Of a DNA stretch of 64,000 bases, positions 44,848-55,323 are shown piece after piece. Every line of letters starts with the position of its first letter. Within the stretch, counting starts at the first letter, position 1. The notes below the pieces were generated by a model. The model had not been told where the DNA came from. It did no database searches and saw only the letters and a program-made list of their open reading frames with translations. The translations under genes were made by a program, and so were the position numbers. Origin of the DNA: Candidatus Sericytochromatia bacterium (lineage in GTDB: Bacteria > Cyanobacteriota > Sericytochromatia > S15B-MN24 > VGJW01); contig JAYKHS010000028.1 in assembly GCA_035285865.1 (NCBI GenBank), forward strand, positions 64,001 to 128,000, written 5' to 3'.

Positions 44848-46449
44848 ATGAGTATTTCGGACAAGGGATTGCTGGCGTTGGGGCTCGGTGGCCTCGGGCA
44901 GGTCCACCTGAACCTGTCGCGTGCCGCCCTGATTGAAGAGGCCATCAAGCGTGGCGAGGGGCGCCTGTCTGCGGGAGGCGCGCTGGTCTGCGAGACCGGC
45001 CATCACACCGGACGTTCCCCCAATGACAAGTTCATCGTCGAAGAACCGTCGTCCAAGGATCGCATCTGGTGGGGCAAGGTCAATCGGCCAGTGTCCGAGG
45101 AGACCTTCGATCGCCTCCTGGGGCGTGTGCAGGCCTACCTTCAGGGTCGCGAGGTCTTCGTCCAGGACCTTTTCGCCGGGGCCGATCCCCAGTTCCGCCT
45201 CCCGATCCGCGTCGTGACCCAGCACGCTTGGCATGCCGCCTTTGCGAACAACATGTTCGTCCGGCCTTCCGGCACCGAGCGCGAGGGCCTGGAGGCCGAG
45301 GCCACGGTCCTGCATGTGCCTGATTTCGAGGCCGTTCCTGAGCTTGATGGCACGAACAGCAGCACGTTCATCATGGTCCACTTCGGACGCCGACTGGTCC
45401 TGATTGGCGGCACGCAGTACGCAGGCGAAATCAAGAAGTCCATCTTCACGTTGATGAACTACCTGCTGCCGCAGCGCGGCGTCATGAGCATGCACGCTTC
45501 CTCCAACATCGGGGCTCAGGGTGACGTGGCGGTGTTCTTCGGTCTTTCCGGAACCGGCAAGACCACCCTGTCCGCCGATCCGGACCGCAAGCTCATCGGC
45601 GACGACGAGCATGGCTGGGCTGATGGCGGTGTCTTCAACGTCGAGGGCGGTTGCTACGCCAAGGTCATCAAGCTTTCGCGGACTGCCGAGCCTGAAATCT
45701 ATGCCACAACGGCCATGCACGGCACCATCCTCGAGAACGTGGTGATGGACCCCGTGAACCGTCAGCTCGATTTGGACAGCGATGCCCGGACCGAGAACAC
45801 GCGTGCTGCCTACCAGCTGGATGCCATCCCAAACTACGAGTCCACCGGCAAGGGTGGGCATCCTCGGACCATCCTGATGCTGACCTGCGATGCCTTCGGC
45901 GTGATGCCGCCGCTGGCCAAGCTGACGCCCGAGCAGGCCATGTACCACTTTCTCGCCGGCTACACGGCCAAGGTCGCGGGCACCGAGCGGGGGGTCAAGG
46001 AGCCTTCGGCCACCTTCAGCACCTGCTTCGGTGCGCCCTTCATGTCGTTGCATCCCACCGTCTATGCCAAGCTGCTTGGCGAGAAGATCGCCCGGCACGG
46101 CACCACCTGCTACCTGGTCAACACGGGCTGGAGCGGCGGCGCCTACGGCGTCGGCAGCCGCATGAAGATTGCGCACACCCGTGCCTTGGTCCGTGCGGCG
46201 CTATCCGGCGAGTTGGACAAGGCCGAGTTCGAGCAGGAAGCCGCCTTCGGTTTCCAGGTGCCCAAGGCCGTCGATGGCGTACCTGCCGAGGTCTTGCTGC
46301 CCCGCAACACCTGGACGGACAAGGCTGCCTATGATGCCACCGCTGCAAGGCTCTCGGGCATGTTCCGCGACGCCATCGCCCAGTTCGAGGGCATGGTGGA
46401 CGGGCACATCCTCGAGGCGGGTCCGAAGGCCATCGCCGCCGCCCACTGA
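44848..46449 (+). CDS. pckA: phosphoenolpyruvate carboxykinase (ATP)
   Basis: TGRSPNDK, YAGEIKK, FFGLSGTGKTTLS, IGDDEHGW, EGGCYAK, ENTR. Confidence 0.97.
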   Translation: MSISDKGLLALGLGGLGQVHLNLSRAALIEEAIKRGEGRLSAGGALVCETGHHTGRSPNDKFIVEEPSSKDRIWWGKVNRPVSEETFDRLLGRVQAYLQGREVFVQDLFAGADPQFRLPIRVVTQHAWHAAFANNMFVRPSGTEREGLEAEATVLHVPDFEAVPELDGTNSSTFIMVHFGRRLVLIGGTQYAGEIKKSIFTLMNYLLPQRGVMSMHASSNIGAQGDVAVFFGLSGTGKTTLSADPDRKLIGDDEHGWADGGVFNVEGGCYAKVIKLSRTAEPEIYATTAMHGTILENVVMDPVNRQLDLDSDARTENTRAAYQLDAIPNYESTGKGGHPRTILMLTCDAFGVMPPLAKLTPEQAMYHFLAGYTAKVAGTERGVKEPSATFSTCFGAPFMSLHPTVYAKLLGEKIARHGTTCYLVNTGWSGGAYGVGSRMKIAHTRALVRAALSGELDKAEFEQEAAFGFQVPKAVDGVPAEVLLPRNTWTDKAAYDATAARLSGMFRDAIAQFEGMVDGHILEAGPKAIAAAH

Positions 46450-46458
46450 CCGGTGTCC

Positions 46459-46503
46459 GAAACGCGAGCTGTGCCGCTCCTTCAGAGGCGCAGCTCGCGT
46501 TTC
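46459..46503. terminator. 17-bp stem-loop between convergent pckA and AAA ATPase
   Basis: GAAACGCGAGCTGTGCC ... GGCGCAGCTCGCGTTTC; right arm lies within the last AAA codons. Confidence 0.65.
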
Positions 46504-48176
46504 AGTTCCGCGAGGCTCGTCTGGACAGCGTCCGCCGTCAGCTCGGCATAGCGGGCCGGCAGATAGCGTCGGCTCGAGCTTTCGTAAACGGCGAGCAGTT
46601 CCATGAACCGGATCATGGAGGTGTTGCGGTTCGGCACGAACTCGTCCAAGGCCGCGAGGACATGTTCGGCGGCCAGGGGGAGGCCACCTGCCCCGGCCTC
46701 CTCGGCGAGACGCGCGGCAAGCAAGAGGACGGCCTCGATTTCCGCGGCCGAATAGCCTTCCGTGCGGCTGGCGAAGGTGTCGGCGTCCCAGTTCTCGGCG
46801 GTGGCCAGGCGATGCTTGCGGAGCTGTGCCTGCAGGATGCGCAAGCGTTCTTCCTCCTGCCACGGCAGGAAGAAGGGAATCTTCTCGTCGAAACGGCCCG
46901 GGCGCTTGAGGTCGATGTCGAGCTTGTCCGGGCGATTGCTCATCACCATCCAGAGCACCTTGCCCCGCTGGCTGGTGTCGCTCATGAAGGTCTTGAGTCG
47001 CGCGAACACTCGGGAAGAGACGCCTGAGTCCCCGTCTTCCCCTCCCAGCGCGCGGTCCACTTCATCCACGAGGACGAGGACCGATCCCAGACCTCGGATC
47101 ATGCCCAGGATCTTTTCGAGGTTGGCTTCGGTAGAGCCTACCCAGCGATCGCGGAAATTCTTCAAGGCCAGGCAAGTGAGTCCCGAGTCGCGCGCGAAGG
47201 CTTCGGCAAGCCAGGTCTTGCCCGTGCCCATGGGGCCCACGAGGAAGATGCCCATCGGCACCTCGCGATGGCGTCCGTCGTGGATGGCGCGCGCGATGCG
47301 CTCCAGCCGCCGTTTCACGGCATCCTGTCCGCCGACCGCTTCAAGGCCATGGTCGGGCTCGATGAGTTCCACCAGACCATGGCATTCCTGTTCGATGATC
47401 TCCTTGCGCTTGCGCGCCAGCATGCCGAGGTCAAGAGGCGTTCTTTGTCCCTTGGCCCAGCGCACGATGCCCTCCAGCTGGATCCGCCGGAGCCCGCTGG
47501 ACAAGCGGGCGAGCTGGGGAAGGGGAGCCCCTGCCGCCACTTCATGGCGCTGGAGGGCGCGTTCGAGGAATGCGTGGCGTTCGCCTTCGTCCGGCAGGGG
47601 GATCTCGATGGGGATGACTTGAGCGTTGCGCACCACTCTCTGGTTGACGCTGCCGAGCTGTTCGGCAACCAGCAGGATGATGTTGTGCGAGTGCAGCATC
47701 CGGGGTTCGTGGGCCCACCGCTCCAAGGTCACGAGCGCGGCACGATCGTCGGCGGACATGTGCGCGGGTTCTCCGGCAGGGACCAGCGTCTCGACGTAGT
47801 CGATGACCAGTCCGCAGCGTTGGCCTGGCAAGGAAAGGAAGGCCTCGAGCTGGGGCAGCACCCGGCGGGCCTCGCGCACGCCCTCCGTCAAGGGGGGCTC
47901 GCCCGTCAGGGCTTGCCGCACCTCGCCCGCCGTGCGGGCCTTGTCCCGCATGGCGGGACTGGCGAAGGTCAGGCCCTCCGAGATGTCATAGCGCAGGACG
48001 ATGTCCTTGGCGGGCTTGAGCAGCGCTTCTTCAAGGAAGGTGGCGAGCGGTACGTCCTGATCCTGCCACGGCACGAGGTCTCGGACATTGCCGTGAAGGA
48101 GGAACTGCACGGCCTCACCGGCCAGGTAGCGGCTGCGGAGGTCTTCGGCCCAGGCCGGTAGCACGGGAGGATTCAC
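46482..48176 (-). CDS. classical AAA+ ATPase with N-terminal degenerate AAA-like domain (SpoVK/Ycf46/Vps4-like family)
   Basis: Walker A GPMGTGKT, pore loop RWVGSTE, Walker B VLVDE, SRH SNRPDKLD..LKRPGRFD. Confidence 0.92.
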   Translation of the reverse strand: MNPPVLPAWAEDLRSRYLAGEAVQFLLHGNVRDLVPWQDQDVPLATFLEEALLKPAKDIVLRYDISEGLTFASPAMRDKARTAGEVRQALTGEPPLTEGVREARRVLPQLEAFLSLPGQRCGLVIDYVETLVPAGEPAHMSADDRAALVTLERWAHEPRMLHSHNIILLVAEQLGSVNQRVVRNAQVIPIEIPLPDEGERHAFLERALQRHEVAAGAPLPQLARLSSGLRRIQLEGIVRWAKGQRTPLDLGMLARKRKEIIEQECHGLVELIEPDHGLEAVGGQDAVKRRLERIARAIHDGRHREVPMGIFLVGPMGTGKTWLAEAFARDSGLTCLALKNFRDRWVGSTEANLEKILGMIRGLGSVLVLVDEVDRALGGEDGDSGVSSRVFARLKTFMSDTSQRGKVLWMVMSNRPDKLDIDLKRPGRFDEKIPFFLPWQEEERLRILQAQLRKHRLATAENWDADTFASRTEGYSAAEIEAVLLLAARLAEEAGAGGLPLAAEHVLAALDEFVPNRNTSMIRFMELLAVYESSSRRYLPARYAELTADAVQTSLAELKRELRL

Positions 48177-49000
48177 GACCGGTCTTGCTCCTGCTGACGT
48201 TGGGTAGGCTGAGCGCCGGACGGACCGTCCTCCAGCGCCATTTCGAGGGCACGCATCTCGGCGAGGGTGCGCTCGGCCACGGTCAGCCCCGAGAACAGGG
48301 CCTCCAGATCCGTGTCCCGGGACGGATCGGCCTTCATGGCGAGGATCTGTTCATATGCGAGGTCAAGTGCGTCTTCCAGTACCTGGATGCGTGCCGCAAG
48401 GACCTGGACTTCGTCCTCCAATTCGCGAAGGCGCGCCTGACGCTTCTCAAGGATGGCGAGGTTTTCCTCGAGGGCCTCACGGTGCGCGTTGGATGCGGGG
48501 GACGCCAGGTCCCTGCAGACCTGATCGATTTCCCGGCGGATCCGTTGCGTGTCGTTCTGGCCAAGGTGAAGGCGTTGGCGATGCATCAGGCTGAGGAGCT
48601 GCAGGTGGGCATCTTCAAGGGCTTCGAGGCGCTCGAGCTCCGACATCATGAGGTCACGGGCCTGAGCGCCCTGCAGCACCAGCAGCTCGCGCAGGGCACC
48701 GATGCGTTCCCCGAAGGCCCTTGACTGCTTGGTCATCGCCGCGGACAGGTCGGCGCGCAGCGCCTTGCGCCGGGTTTCCCGTTCTTGATGTTCGCGGGTG
48801 ACGGCTTCGCGGGACAGGGTTTCGGCAACGTGCGTGCGCCAGCGCGGCAGCAAGGGAGCCAGCAAGAGCCAGATGCCCGATCCTAGTGCGGCGATGAGCA
48901 GCAGGCGCAGGCCCATCCGGCTACCTGTGGCGAGTCCCGTCAGCCCGAACAGCCCCACCAGAACCCACCAAAGCAGATGGGGCCCTGCCAGCAGGGTCAT
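48173..49000 (-). CDS. two-TM coiled-coil protein
   Basis: two N-terminal hydrophobic helices then long heptad-rich region; GTGA overlap with AAA gene. Confidence 0.8.
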   Translation of the reverse strand: MTLLAGPHLLWWVLVGLFGLTGLATGSRMGLRLLLIAALGSGIWLLLAPLLPRWRTHVAETLSREAVTREHQERETRRKALRADLSAAMTKQSRAFGERIGALRELLVLQGAQARDLMMSELERLEALEDAHLQLLSLMHRQRLHLGQNDTQRIRREIDQVCRDLASPASNAHREALEENLAILEKRQARLRELEDEVQVLAARIQVLEDALDLAYEQILAMKADPSRDTDLEALFSGLTVAERTLAEMRALEMALEDGPSGAQPTQRQQEQDRS

Positions 49001-49031
49001 ACGCCAGCCAGCAGCCCCGAAGGCAGCGGAA

Positions 49032-49769
49032 TCAGGACTGGCCAAGGCTCTCGGACGACTGCCCCAGCTGACGCTCGGTTTCGGCGGCAGGCGCCTGAAT
49101 GCCGAGCTGGCGCTTGTACTCTTCCAGCTTGGCCTTCGCATCGACACTGCGCATCTTGTCATCGAGACTGGCCATCTTGCCGGACAGCGAGCTCTGGTTC
49201 ATGTCACGGGCCAACTCGGCCTGGGCTTCCGTCTTCGCGACGGATTCCCGGATACCGTCCAGGGCTTTCAAGTCCGCGTCCACGGACATCCCGGAGAGTT
49301 GTTCCTGAACCTTCAGGCGTGCCTTGGCACTCTCGTGGCGGGCGAGCGTCTGGTCCCGTTCGGACTTGAGCTTTTCGATCTCGGCCTTGAAGGACTCGAG
49401 GTCGTGCTTGTGGCGCTCGGCATCCGATGCGATGCGTTCGAGCTCTCCGCGCAGCCGCGTGATGTCCGCGTCGACAACGCCCTTGCGCTCGACGGCCTGA
49501 AGGGCCGTGGCCTCATCACCGGCCTGCAGGAACTGGGGAATGCGGGCCTCGAGCGCCGTCGACTCGCTCAGACGATCCTCGAGCTCCTTTTGGGTCTTGT
49601 TCTTGAGGTGGACGATTCCGCTCACGGCCTGCATCAGATTCTGGTACTGCTTCTCGCGGGCCTGGATGGCCGCATCGTAGACGGCGGCGGGGTTGCGTGC
49701 CTCAAGGCCACCGATGAACAGGCCCAAGAATCCCCGAACCAGGTTGACTACACGCTCCACCAAAGCCAT
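49032..49769 (-). CDS. pspA: PspA/IM30 (ESCRT-III family) protein
   Basis: amphipathic N-helix ALVERVVNLVRGFLG, E..NP....D, LQAGDEATA, ARHESAKA, LEEYKRQLG; AAGGAAGG SD. Confidence 0.88.
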   Translation of the reverse strand: MALVERVVNLVRGFLGLFIGGLEARNPAAVYDAAIQAREKQYQNLMQAVSGIVHLKNKTQKELEDRLSESTALEARIPQFLQAGDEATALQAVERKGVVDADITRLRGELERIASDAERHKHDLESFKAEIEKLKSERDQTLARHESAKARLKVQEQLSGMSVDADLKALDGIRESVAKTEAQAELARDMNQSSLSGKMASLDDKMRSVDAKAKLEEYKRQLGIQAPAAETERQLGQSSESLGQS

Positions 49770-49852
49770 CGGACGCCTGTCCTTCCTTGCGCGGGCTACT
49801 CCGCATGCGCCTTGTATCATGCCATGAACGCGCACTCCACGCCGAGACGGAC

Positions 49853-51208
49853 ATGACCCAGAAGATTGCTGCGCCCCGCGGTACCCACGACGTCCTCCCC
49901 CCGGACGAGCATCTGGTTGCGCTGGTCGAGGAGACGGCCGCCAGCCTGTTCGCTCGCCATGGCCTGCGCGAGATCCGGACTCCGATCTTCGAGGCTACCG
50001 AGCTCTTCGCCCGCGGCGTTGGCAACGAAACGGACATGGTCGCCAAGGAGATGTACACCTTCGTGGATCGGGGCGATCGGTCCCTGACGCTGCGCCCGGA
50101 GGGTACGGCTGGCGTCGTTCGGGCCTACGTGGAAGGGCGGCTGGATCAGGCGTTGCCGCAGCCGGCGCGCCTTTGGTACCGGGGAGCCATGTTTCGCTAC
50201 GAGCGGCCTCAGAAGGGCCGCCAGCGCCAGTTTCACCAGATGGGTGCCGAGGTCCTGGGCTCCGGTGCCGCGACCGTCGACGCCGAGATGATTGTCCTGG
50301 CCCACGACCTCCAGCACGCCCTGGTCGAAGCCGTCCGAGCTTGGTTGGTGGCCTGCGATGTCCCCGTGCCCGGAGATTTGCAGCCTGTCCCGCTCGAGGT
50401 TCGGATCAATACGCTTGGAGATGCGAGTTGTCGGCCGGCCTACAGGGATTCCTTGCAGGCATGGCTCAAGGATGGGGCGGAAGCATACTGTGGAGACTGT
50501 CAGCGTCGCATGGAGACCAATCCATTGCGTGTTCTCGACTGCAAGGTGGCTGCTTGTCGTGCCCGGAATGCCGGGGCACCGCGACTCGAGCCTTGTGGGG
50601 CTTGCGTGGAACACATGGCTCAAGTGCGTGCCCTGCTCGAAGCCGCCGAGGTCAGGGTGGTCGAGGATTCCACCTTGGTGCGCGGACTTGATTACTACAG
50701 TCGAACGGTCTTCGAGATGGTACCCGCGGGGGGCGGCGTCGCCGCACAGGCCACGGTGTGCGCGGGTGGACGGTACGACGGGCTGGTTGCCGAACTGGGC
50801 GGGGCAGAAACGCCTGCCTTCGGATGGGCGCTCGGGCTCGAGCGGACCGTGCAACGTCTCGAGTCCATGCTCGAGGGACTGGCTCCCGCAGACCGGGCAC
50901 GCTTGAGGGCGGATCGGCCCGTCCTTTACATGGGAGGTCTGGATGCCGAGGCCCAGCGCGAGGTCTTCAGGATGGGCATCGCATTGCGTCGGCTCGGACT
51001 GGCCGTGCAGTGGCTGCCCGTCCACGCGAAGCCGGATCGGATTCTCAAGGCTGCGCTCAGGACCGAGGCTCGTTCGCTGTTGCTCTTGGGCGGCGACGAG
51101 ATGGCATCCGGAGTCGTCCGAATCAAGGATCTGGTGAGCCGGGACGAGCGCCAAGTGGCTTGGCTGGCGGGCGATCTCGCTGCCGCCCTCGGTGGCGGCA
51201 AACCTTGA
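49853..51208 (+). CDS. hisS: histidine--tRNA ligase
   Basis: PRGTHD, LRPEGTAG, FRYERPQKGR, LVRGLDYY, GGRYDGL, GLER. Confidence 0.97.
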   Translation: MTQKIAAPRGTHDVLPPDEHLVALVEETAASLFARHGLREIRTPIFEATELFARGVGNETDMVAKEMYTFVDRGDRSLTLRPEGTAGVVRAYVEGRLDQALPQPARLWYRGAMFRYERPQKGRQRQFHQMGAEVLGSGAATVDAEMIVLAHDLQHALVEAVRAWLVACDVPVPGDLQPVPLEVRINTLGDASCRPAYRDSLQAWLKDGAEAYCGDCQRRMETNPLRVLDCKVAACRARNAGAPRLEPCGACVEHMAQVRALLEAAEVRVVEDSTLVRGLDYYSRTVFEMVPAGGGVAAQATVCAGGRYDGLVAELGGAETPAFGWALGLERTVQRLESMLEGLAPADRARLRADRPVLYMGGLDAEAQREVFRMGIALRRLGLAVQWLPVHAKPDRILKAALRTEARSLLLLGGDEMASGVVRIKDLVSRDERQVAWLAGDLAAALGGGKP

Positions 51209-51239
51209 TTGATCGGTCAGTGAATATGGGTTGCGCCTG

Positions 51240-52373
51240 TCAGGCGCACTGGATGGATGGTTCCGTGAACCGCGCGAGGGTGGGAAAGTGCTGGCGTGCC
51301 TCGGCTGCGACCGAGGATGCCTCTGAGCTCAAACCCGCCTGAAGCAGGCAATCCATCAGGTTCTCCCAGGCGTCCTGACGCAAGGGTTCGATCCTCACGA
51401 GTCCCTCGAGGCAACGGATGGCCCTCTCGGTCTCTCCAAGTTGGTGCAGGGTGACGGCGAGGTTGTTCATGGGTTCGGGTGCGTCCGGGTGATGTTGCAG
51501 GATCTGCTCGAAGACCTGTCGTGCCTCCCGGTAACGGCGGTGGGCGAAAAGTTGCTCGCCCACGGCATTGTGCAGACCGAGGGCTCGTTCGCGGTCCTCG
51601 AGGCCCTGCAAGCCGTGGATGACTCCGGCCGCTTCCGCGCTGCGGTAGGTTCGGAAGATTTGCGCGTTCTCGCGCGCTCCGCGTTCGCGGTTGGCGTGTT
51701 CCACGCTGGTCGGCGACTTGAGGTACAGGCCCAGGACTTCAGGGATGTGCAAGAAGGCGTGAGTTTGTGAGACGCGCAGCCAGAACTCGTAGTCGCCGCT
51801 GGTGACGAAGGAAGGATCGAAGAGCCCGAAGACGTCGTGCAGGGTGCGGCGCCACATGGGTTGGGGGCCCATGAAGCACCCTTCCTCGAGCAGCGTCGTC
51901 CGGTCCCACTCGCGCCAGTTGTAACGCCCGCAGGGCGTGCACGCGTTCAAGGTCTCGTTCTCGTGGAGGGTGATGAGCAGGTCCGCATAGACCAAGGCGA
52001 TGTCCGGATTTGCGTCCAGTGTTTCCGCCATCCGTTCCAGCGCATCGGCGCGGTGGCGATCGTCCGTGTTGGCGTTGGTGAGGTACTTGCCTTGCGCCAG
52101 CTCCACGCCTCGGTTCCAAGCCGCGTAGACGCCTTCGCGTTCCGGGGTCCTGATGTAGCGGATGTTGTTGTGATGTTGCTGGAACTCGCGCACGATGGCG
52201 CCTTCGTCTTCGGGGGATGCGCTGTCGATGACAATGATTTCGAGGCGCTCGCCCAGAGTCTGGGCCACGAGATCCTCCAGACACCCGCGCATGAAGCGCT
52301 CGGACTTGTACGTGGAGACGATGGCCGTCACCAGGTAGGGTGTCTCTGGGGCGTCTTCGGGTGATGCAGGCAT
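51240..52373 (-). CDS. GT2 glycosyltransferase with C-terminal TPR
   Basis: IVSTYK, IIVIDSAS, NANTDD, SGDYEFWLR; TPR tail. Confidence 0.9.
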   Translation of the reverse strand: MPASPEDAPETPYLVTAIVSTYKSERFMRGCLEDLVAQTLGERLEIIVIDSASPEDEGAIVREFQQHHNNIRYIRTPEREGVYAAWNRGVELAQGKYLTNANTDDRHRADALERMAETLDANPDIALVYADLLITLHENETLNACTPCGRYNWREWDRTTLLEEGCFMGPQPMWRRTLHDVFGLFDPSFVTSGDYEFWLRVSQTHAFLHIPEVLGLYLKSPTSVEHANRERGARENAQIFRTYRSAEAAGVIHGLQGLEDRERALGLHNAVGEQLFAHRRYREARQVFEQILQHHPDAPEPMNNLAVTLHQLGETERAIRCLEGLVRIEPLRQDAWENLMDCLLQAGLSSEASSVAAEARQHFPTLARFTEPSIQCA

Positions 52374-52536
52374 GGGTCCGATCCGGCTTGCTCGGGCAAG
52401 GGTTCTGTTGGCGGTCTCGTGCGGACCGGTTCAGAATTTCTATCGAATCGTATCCGGGTGACCTTGAGCCACGCCGGGATTTGCCGAACCAATAGAATGG
52501 ATCGACTTTCCCGTCGCCCTCGTCCGGAGATTTTCG

Positions 52537-53547
52537 TTGGCCGATGCCCCTCGTTCCATCCTCGTCACCGGCGCGGATGGCTTCATCGGCTCCCACCTGA
52601 CGGAAGCCTTGGTCCGGCGCGGGCATCGGGTCCGGGCCTTCGTCTTCTATAACTCCTTCGGTCGGCGCGGCTGGCTTGATGAGGCACCTGAGGACATCCA
52701 GGCCGAGCTTGATGTCTTTGCCGGGGACATCAGGGACCCCTACGGAGTCCGGAAAGCCCTCCAGGGTACGGACGTGGTGCTGCATCTCGCGGCCCTGATC
52801 GCGATTCCTTTCTCGTACCACTCTCCGGATGCCTACCTGGACACGAATGTCAGGGGTACGTTGAACGTGTTGCAGGCCGCCCGGGATCTCGGGCTGTCCC
52901 GCGTGGTTCATACGTCGACCAGCGAAGTCTATGGCACGGCCAAATTCGTGCCGATGACCGAGGAGCACCCCCTCCAGGGGCAGTCACCCTACTCGGCGAC
53001 CAAGATCGGGGCGGATCAACTCGCCTTGTCCTTCCATGCGGCATTCGGCCTGCCCGTTTCGGTGATACGTCCCTTCAATACCTACGGTCCGCGCCAGTCG
53101 GCGCGAGCCGTGATTCCAACCATCATTTCCCAGATTGCCTCCGGGATGCGCACCATTCGGCTCGGCTCCTTGCATCCCACTCGGGATTTCAGCTATGTGG
53201 CGGATACGGTCCGTGGCTTCATCGCGATGGCCTCGGCTGATGCGGCTGTTGGCCGCGTGGTGAACCTCGGCAGCGGGTTCGAGGTCTCCGTAGGGGACAC
53301 GGCACGCCTCGTGGCCGCCTGCATGGGAGCCGAGGTTGCGATCGAATCCGAGGATGCCCGGACACGTCCCGAGAAGAGTGAAGTGGAGCGTCTGTGGTCG
53401 GACAATCGCCTCGCCCGTGATCTGCTGGGCTGGTCCCCTGAATATGGCGGACTCGAGGGCTTCAGAAGAGGGCTCGAGGAGACGATCACATGGTTCGGGA
53501 AGTCCGTGGATCGGGTCGGCTATCGGCCGGACCGATACGTCGTGTGA
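52537..53547 (+). CDS. NAD-dependent nucleotide-sugar 4,6-dehydratase (LegB-like)
   Basis: TGADGFIGSH, HLAALIAIPFSY, STSEVYG, QSPYSATK, RPEKSEVERL. Confidence 0.9.
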   Translation: MADAPRSILVTGADGFIGSHLTEALVRRGHRVRAFVFYNSFGRRGWLDEAPEDIQAELDVFAGDIRDPYGVRKALQGTDVVLHLAALIAIPFSYHSPDAYLDTNVRGTLNVLQAARDLGLSRVVHTSTSEVYGTAKFVPMTEEHPLQGQSPYSATKIGADQLALSFHAAFGLPVSVIRPFNTYGPRQSARAVIPTIISQIASGMRTIRLGSLHPTRDFSYVADTVRGFIAMASADAAVGRVVNLGSGFEVSVGDTARLVAACMGAEVAIESEDARTRPEKSEVERLWSDNRLARDLLGWSPEYGGLEGFRRGLEETITWFGKSVDRVGYRPDRYVV

Positions 53548-53557
53548 GGGAGGCTCC

Positions 53558-54265
53558 GTGCGTGCCGTGATCCTGGCCGGCGGGAAGGGTACCCGCCTCA
53601 GGCCATACACTCTCGTCCTCCCCAAGCCCTTGGTGCCCATCGGAGACTATCCCATCCTCGAGGTGGTGATCCGGCAACTGGCGGCGAGCGGGTTCACCCA
53701 CGTCACCATGGCCGTGAACCACCTCGCCGAGTTGGTCGAGGCGTTCTTCGGGGACGGTCGACGCTGGGGACTGAAGATCGATTACTCGGTCGAATGTCGG
53801 CCGTTGAGCACGATGGCGCCCCTCAAGCTGATTCGGGATCTGCCCGATGACTTCCTCGTGATGAACGGCGATATCCTGACGGATGCGCCCTTCGAGCGGC
53901 TCTATCAGGAGCATGTCGCCGGGGGCAATCTTTTCACCATTTCCTCCTACCAGCGGGAGGTGCATGTGGACTTCGGGGTCCTGGAAACCGATGGGAACGG
54001 GCTGCTTCGGGGTTTTCAGGAAAAGCCCGTGCAGCGCCATGATGTCAGCATGGGGGTGTATGTCCTGAGCAGGCGGGTGCTTGAACACATCCCTGATGAT
54101 GTGCCGTTCGGTTTCGATGACCTCATGCTGGCCTTGTTGGGCAAAGGTGAGAAGGTCCACCTGCGAGGACATGAGGGTTACTGGCTGGATATCGGACGTC
54201 CGGATGACTACGTCGAGGCGGTCGAGCAGTTCGAACGCCAGAAGCATGCGTTCCTGAGGCAGTGA
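53558..54265 (+). CDS. sugar-phosphate nucleotidyltransferase
   Basis: ILAGGKGTRLRP...PKPL, VMNGD, EKP, WLDIG; GGAGG SD before GTG. Confidence 0.92.
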   Translation: MRAVILAGGKGTRLRPYTLVLPKPLVPIGDYPILEVVIRQLAASGFTHVTMAVNHLAELVEAFFGDGRRWGLKIDYSVECRPLSTMAPLKLIRDLPDDFLVMNGDILTDAPFERLYQEHVAGGNLFTISSYQREVHVDFGVLETDGNGLLRGFQEKPVQRHDVSMGVYVLSRRVLEHIPDDVPFGFDDLMLALLGKGEKVHLRGHEGYWLDIGRPDDYVEAVEQFERQKHAFLRQ

Positions 54266-54266
54266 G

Positions 54267-55322
54267 ATGAGAATCAACAAGGGCAACATCAGCCTGAGCC
54301 GCCTGAAGCAGCTGGGCTTCCATTTGCGGCGTGGTCGTGGGCATCTGCCGCGGTACATGGTCAACCGCTTCAAGTGGCATGTCTTCCCGCGCATCCGGAA
54401 GGTGGCGGACTTCCCCGATCACGTCGATATCGAGATTTCGAGCGCGTGCGACATGAAGTGCCCCATGTGCTACACGATCACTGATGCCTTCAAGGCAAGC
54501 GTCAAGAAGGGGTTGATGGACTGGGATCTCTACACGAAGCTCGTGGACGAGTGTGCTCGGAACGGGGTGTATTCGATTCGCCTCAGCCTGCGGGGAGAGC
54601 CTTTCGTGCATCCCCGCATCATCGACATGATCCGGTACGCCAAGGAGAAGGGCATACGGGAGGTTTCCACGCTGACGAACGGGCTCAAGCTCAATCCCGA
54701 GAAGTTCACCCAAGCGCTGGAGGCTGGTCTGGATTGGCTGACGATATCCTTTGACGGCCTTGGCGAAACTTATGAGAAGATTCGGCGCCCGGCCAAGTTC
54801 GAGGAGGCCCTGGCCAAGATCCGCGAGTACAAGGCCATCAAGGATGCCCGTCAGTCCGTGAAGCCCGTCATCAAGATCCAGTCGGTCTGGCCGGCCATCA
54901 AGGACGATCCCGAGGCCTTCTTCAGTACCTTTGCGCCTATCGCGGATGAGGTCGCGTCCAACCCTCTGATCGATTACCTCCACAACGACCAGGAAATCGA
55001 GTACGAGGAGCGATTCGAGTGTCCGGTGCTCTACCAGCGGCTGGTGGTCGGCTCGGATGGTCGGGTGCTGCTTTGCGTCAACGATGAGATGGGCAAGCAC
55101 ATCGTGGGAGATGCCAATGCCCAGTCCTTGAAGGAAGTGTGGCACGGACCGGCCCTGATGCAGGCGAGGGCGGACCATATGCGGCATCTGGGCGTGGCGA
55201 AGTACGATGCCTGTCGCGAGTGCTTCCTGCCACGCAAGACACGTGCCGTGCCGACGGTGGTCGGGGGTACCAAGGTCGCGATGGAGGAGTACGTGAATCG
55301 ACCTCAGGAGGTCGGCAAGTAA
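54267..55322 (+). CDS. radical SAM protein with SPASM/twitch domain
   Basis: CDMKCPMC (CxxxCxxC), GEP, C-terminal C...LC...CREC. Confidence 0.92.
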   Translation: MRINKGNISLSRLKQLGFHLRRGRGHLPRYMVNRFKWHVFPRIRKVADFPDHVDIEISSACDMKCPMCYTITDAFKASVKKGLMDWDLYTKLVDECARNGVYSIRLSLRGEPFVHPRIIDMIRYAKEKGIREVSTLTNGLKLNPEKFTQALEAGLDWLTISFDGLGETYEKIRRPAKFEEALAKIREYKAIKDARQSVKPVIKIQSVWPAIKDDPEAFFSTFAPIADEVASNPLIDYLHNDQEIEYEERFECPVLYQRLVVGSDGRVLLCVNDEMGKHIVGDANAQSLKEVWHGPALMQARADHMRHLGVAKYDACRECFLPRKTRAVPTVVGGTKVAMEEYVNRPQEVGK

Positions 55323-55323
55323 C

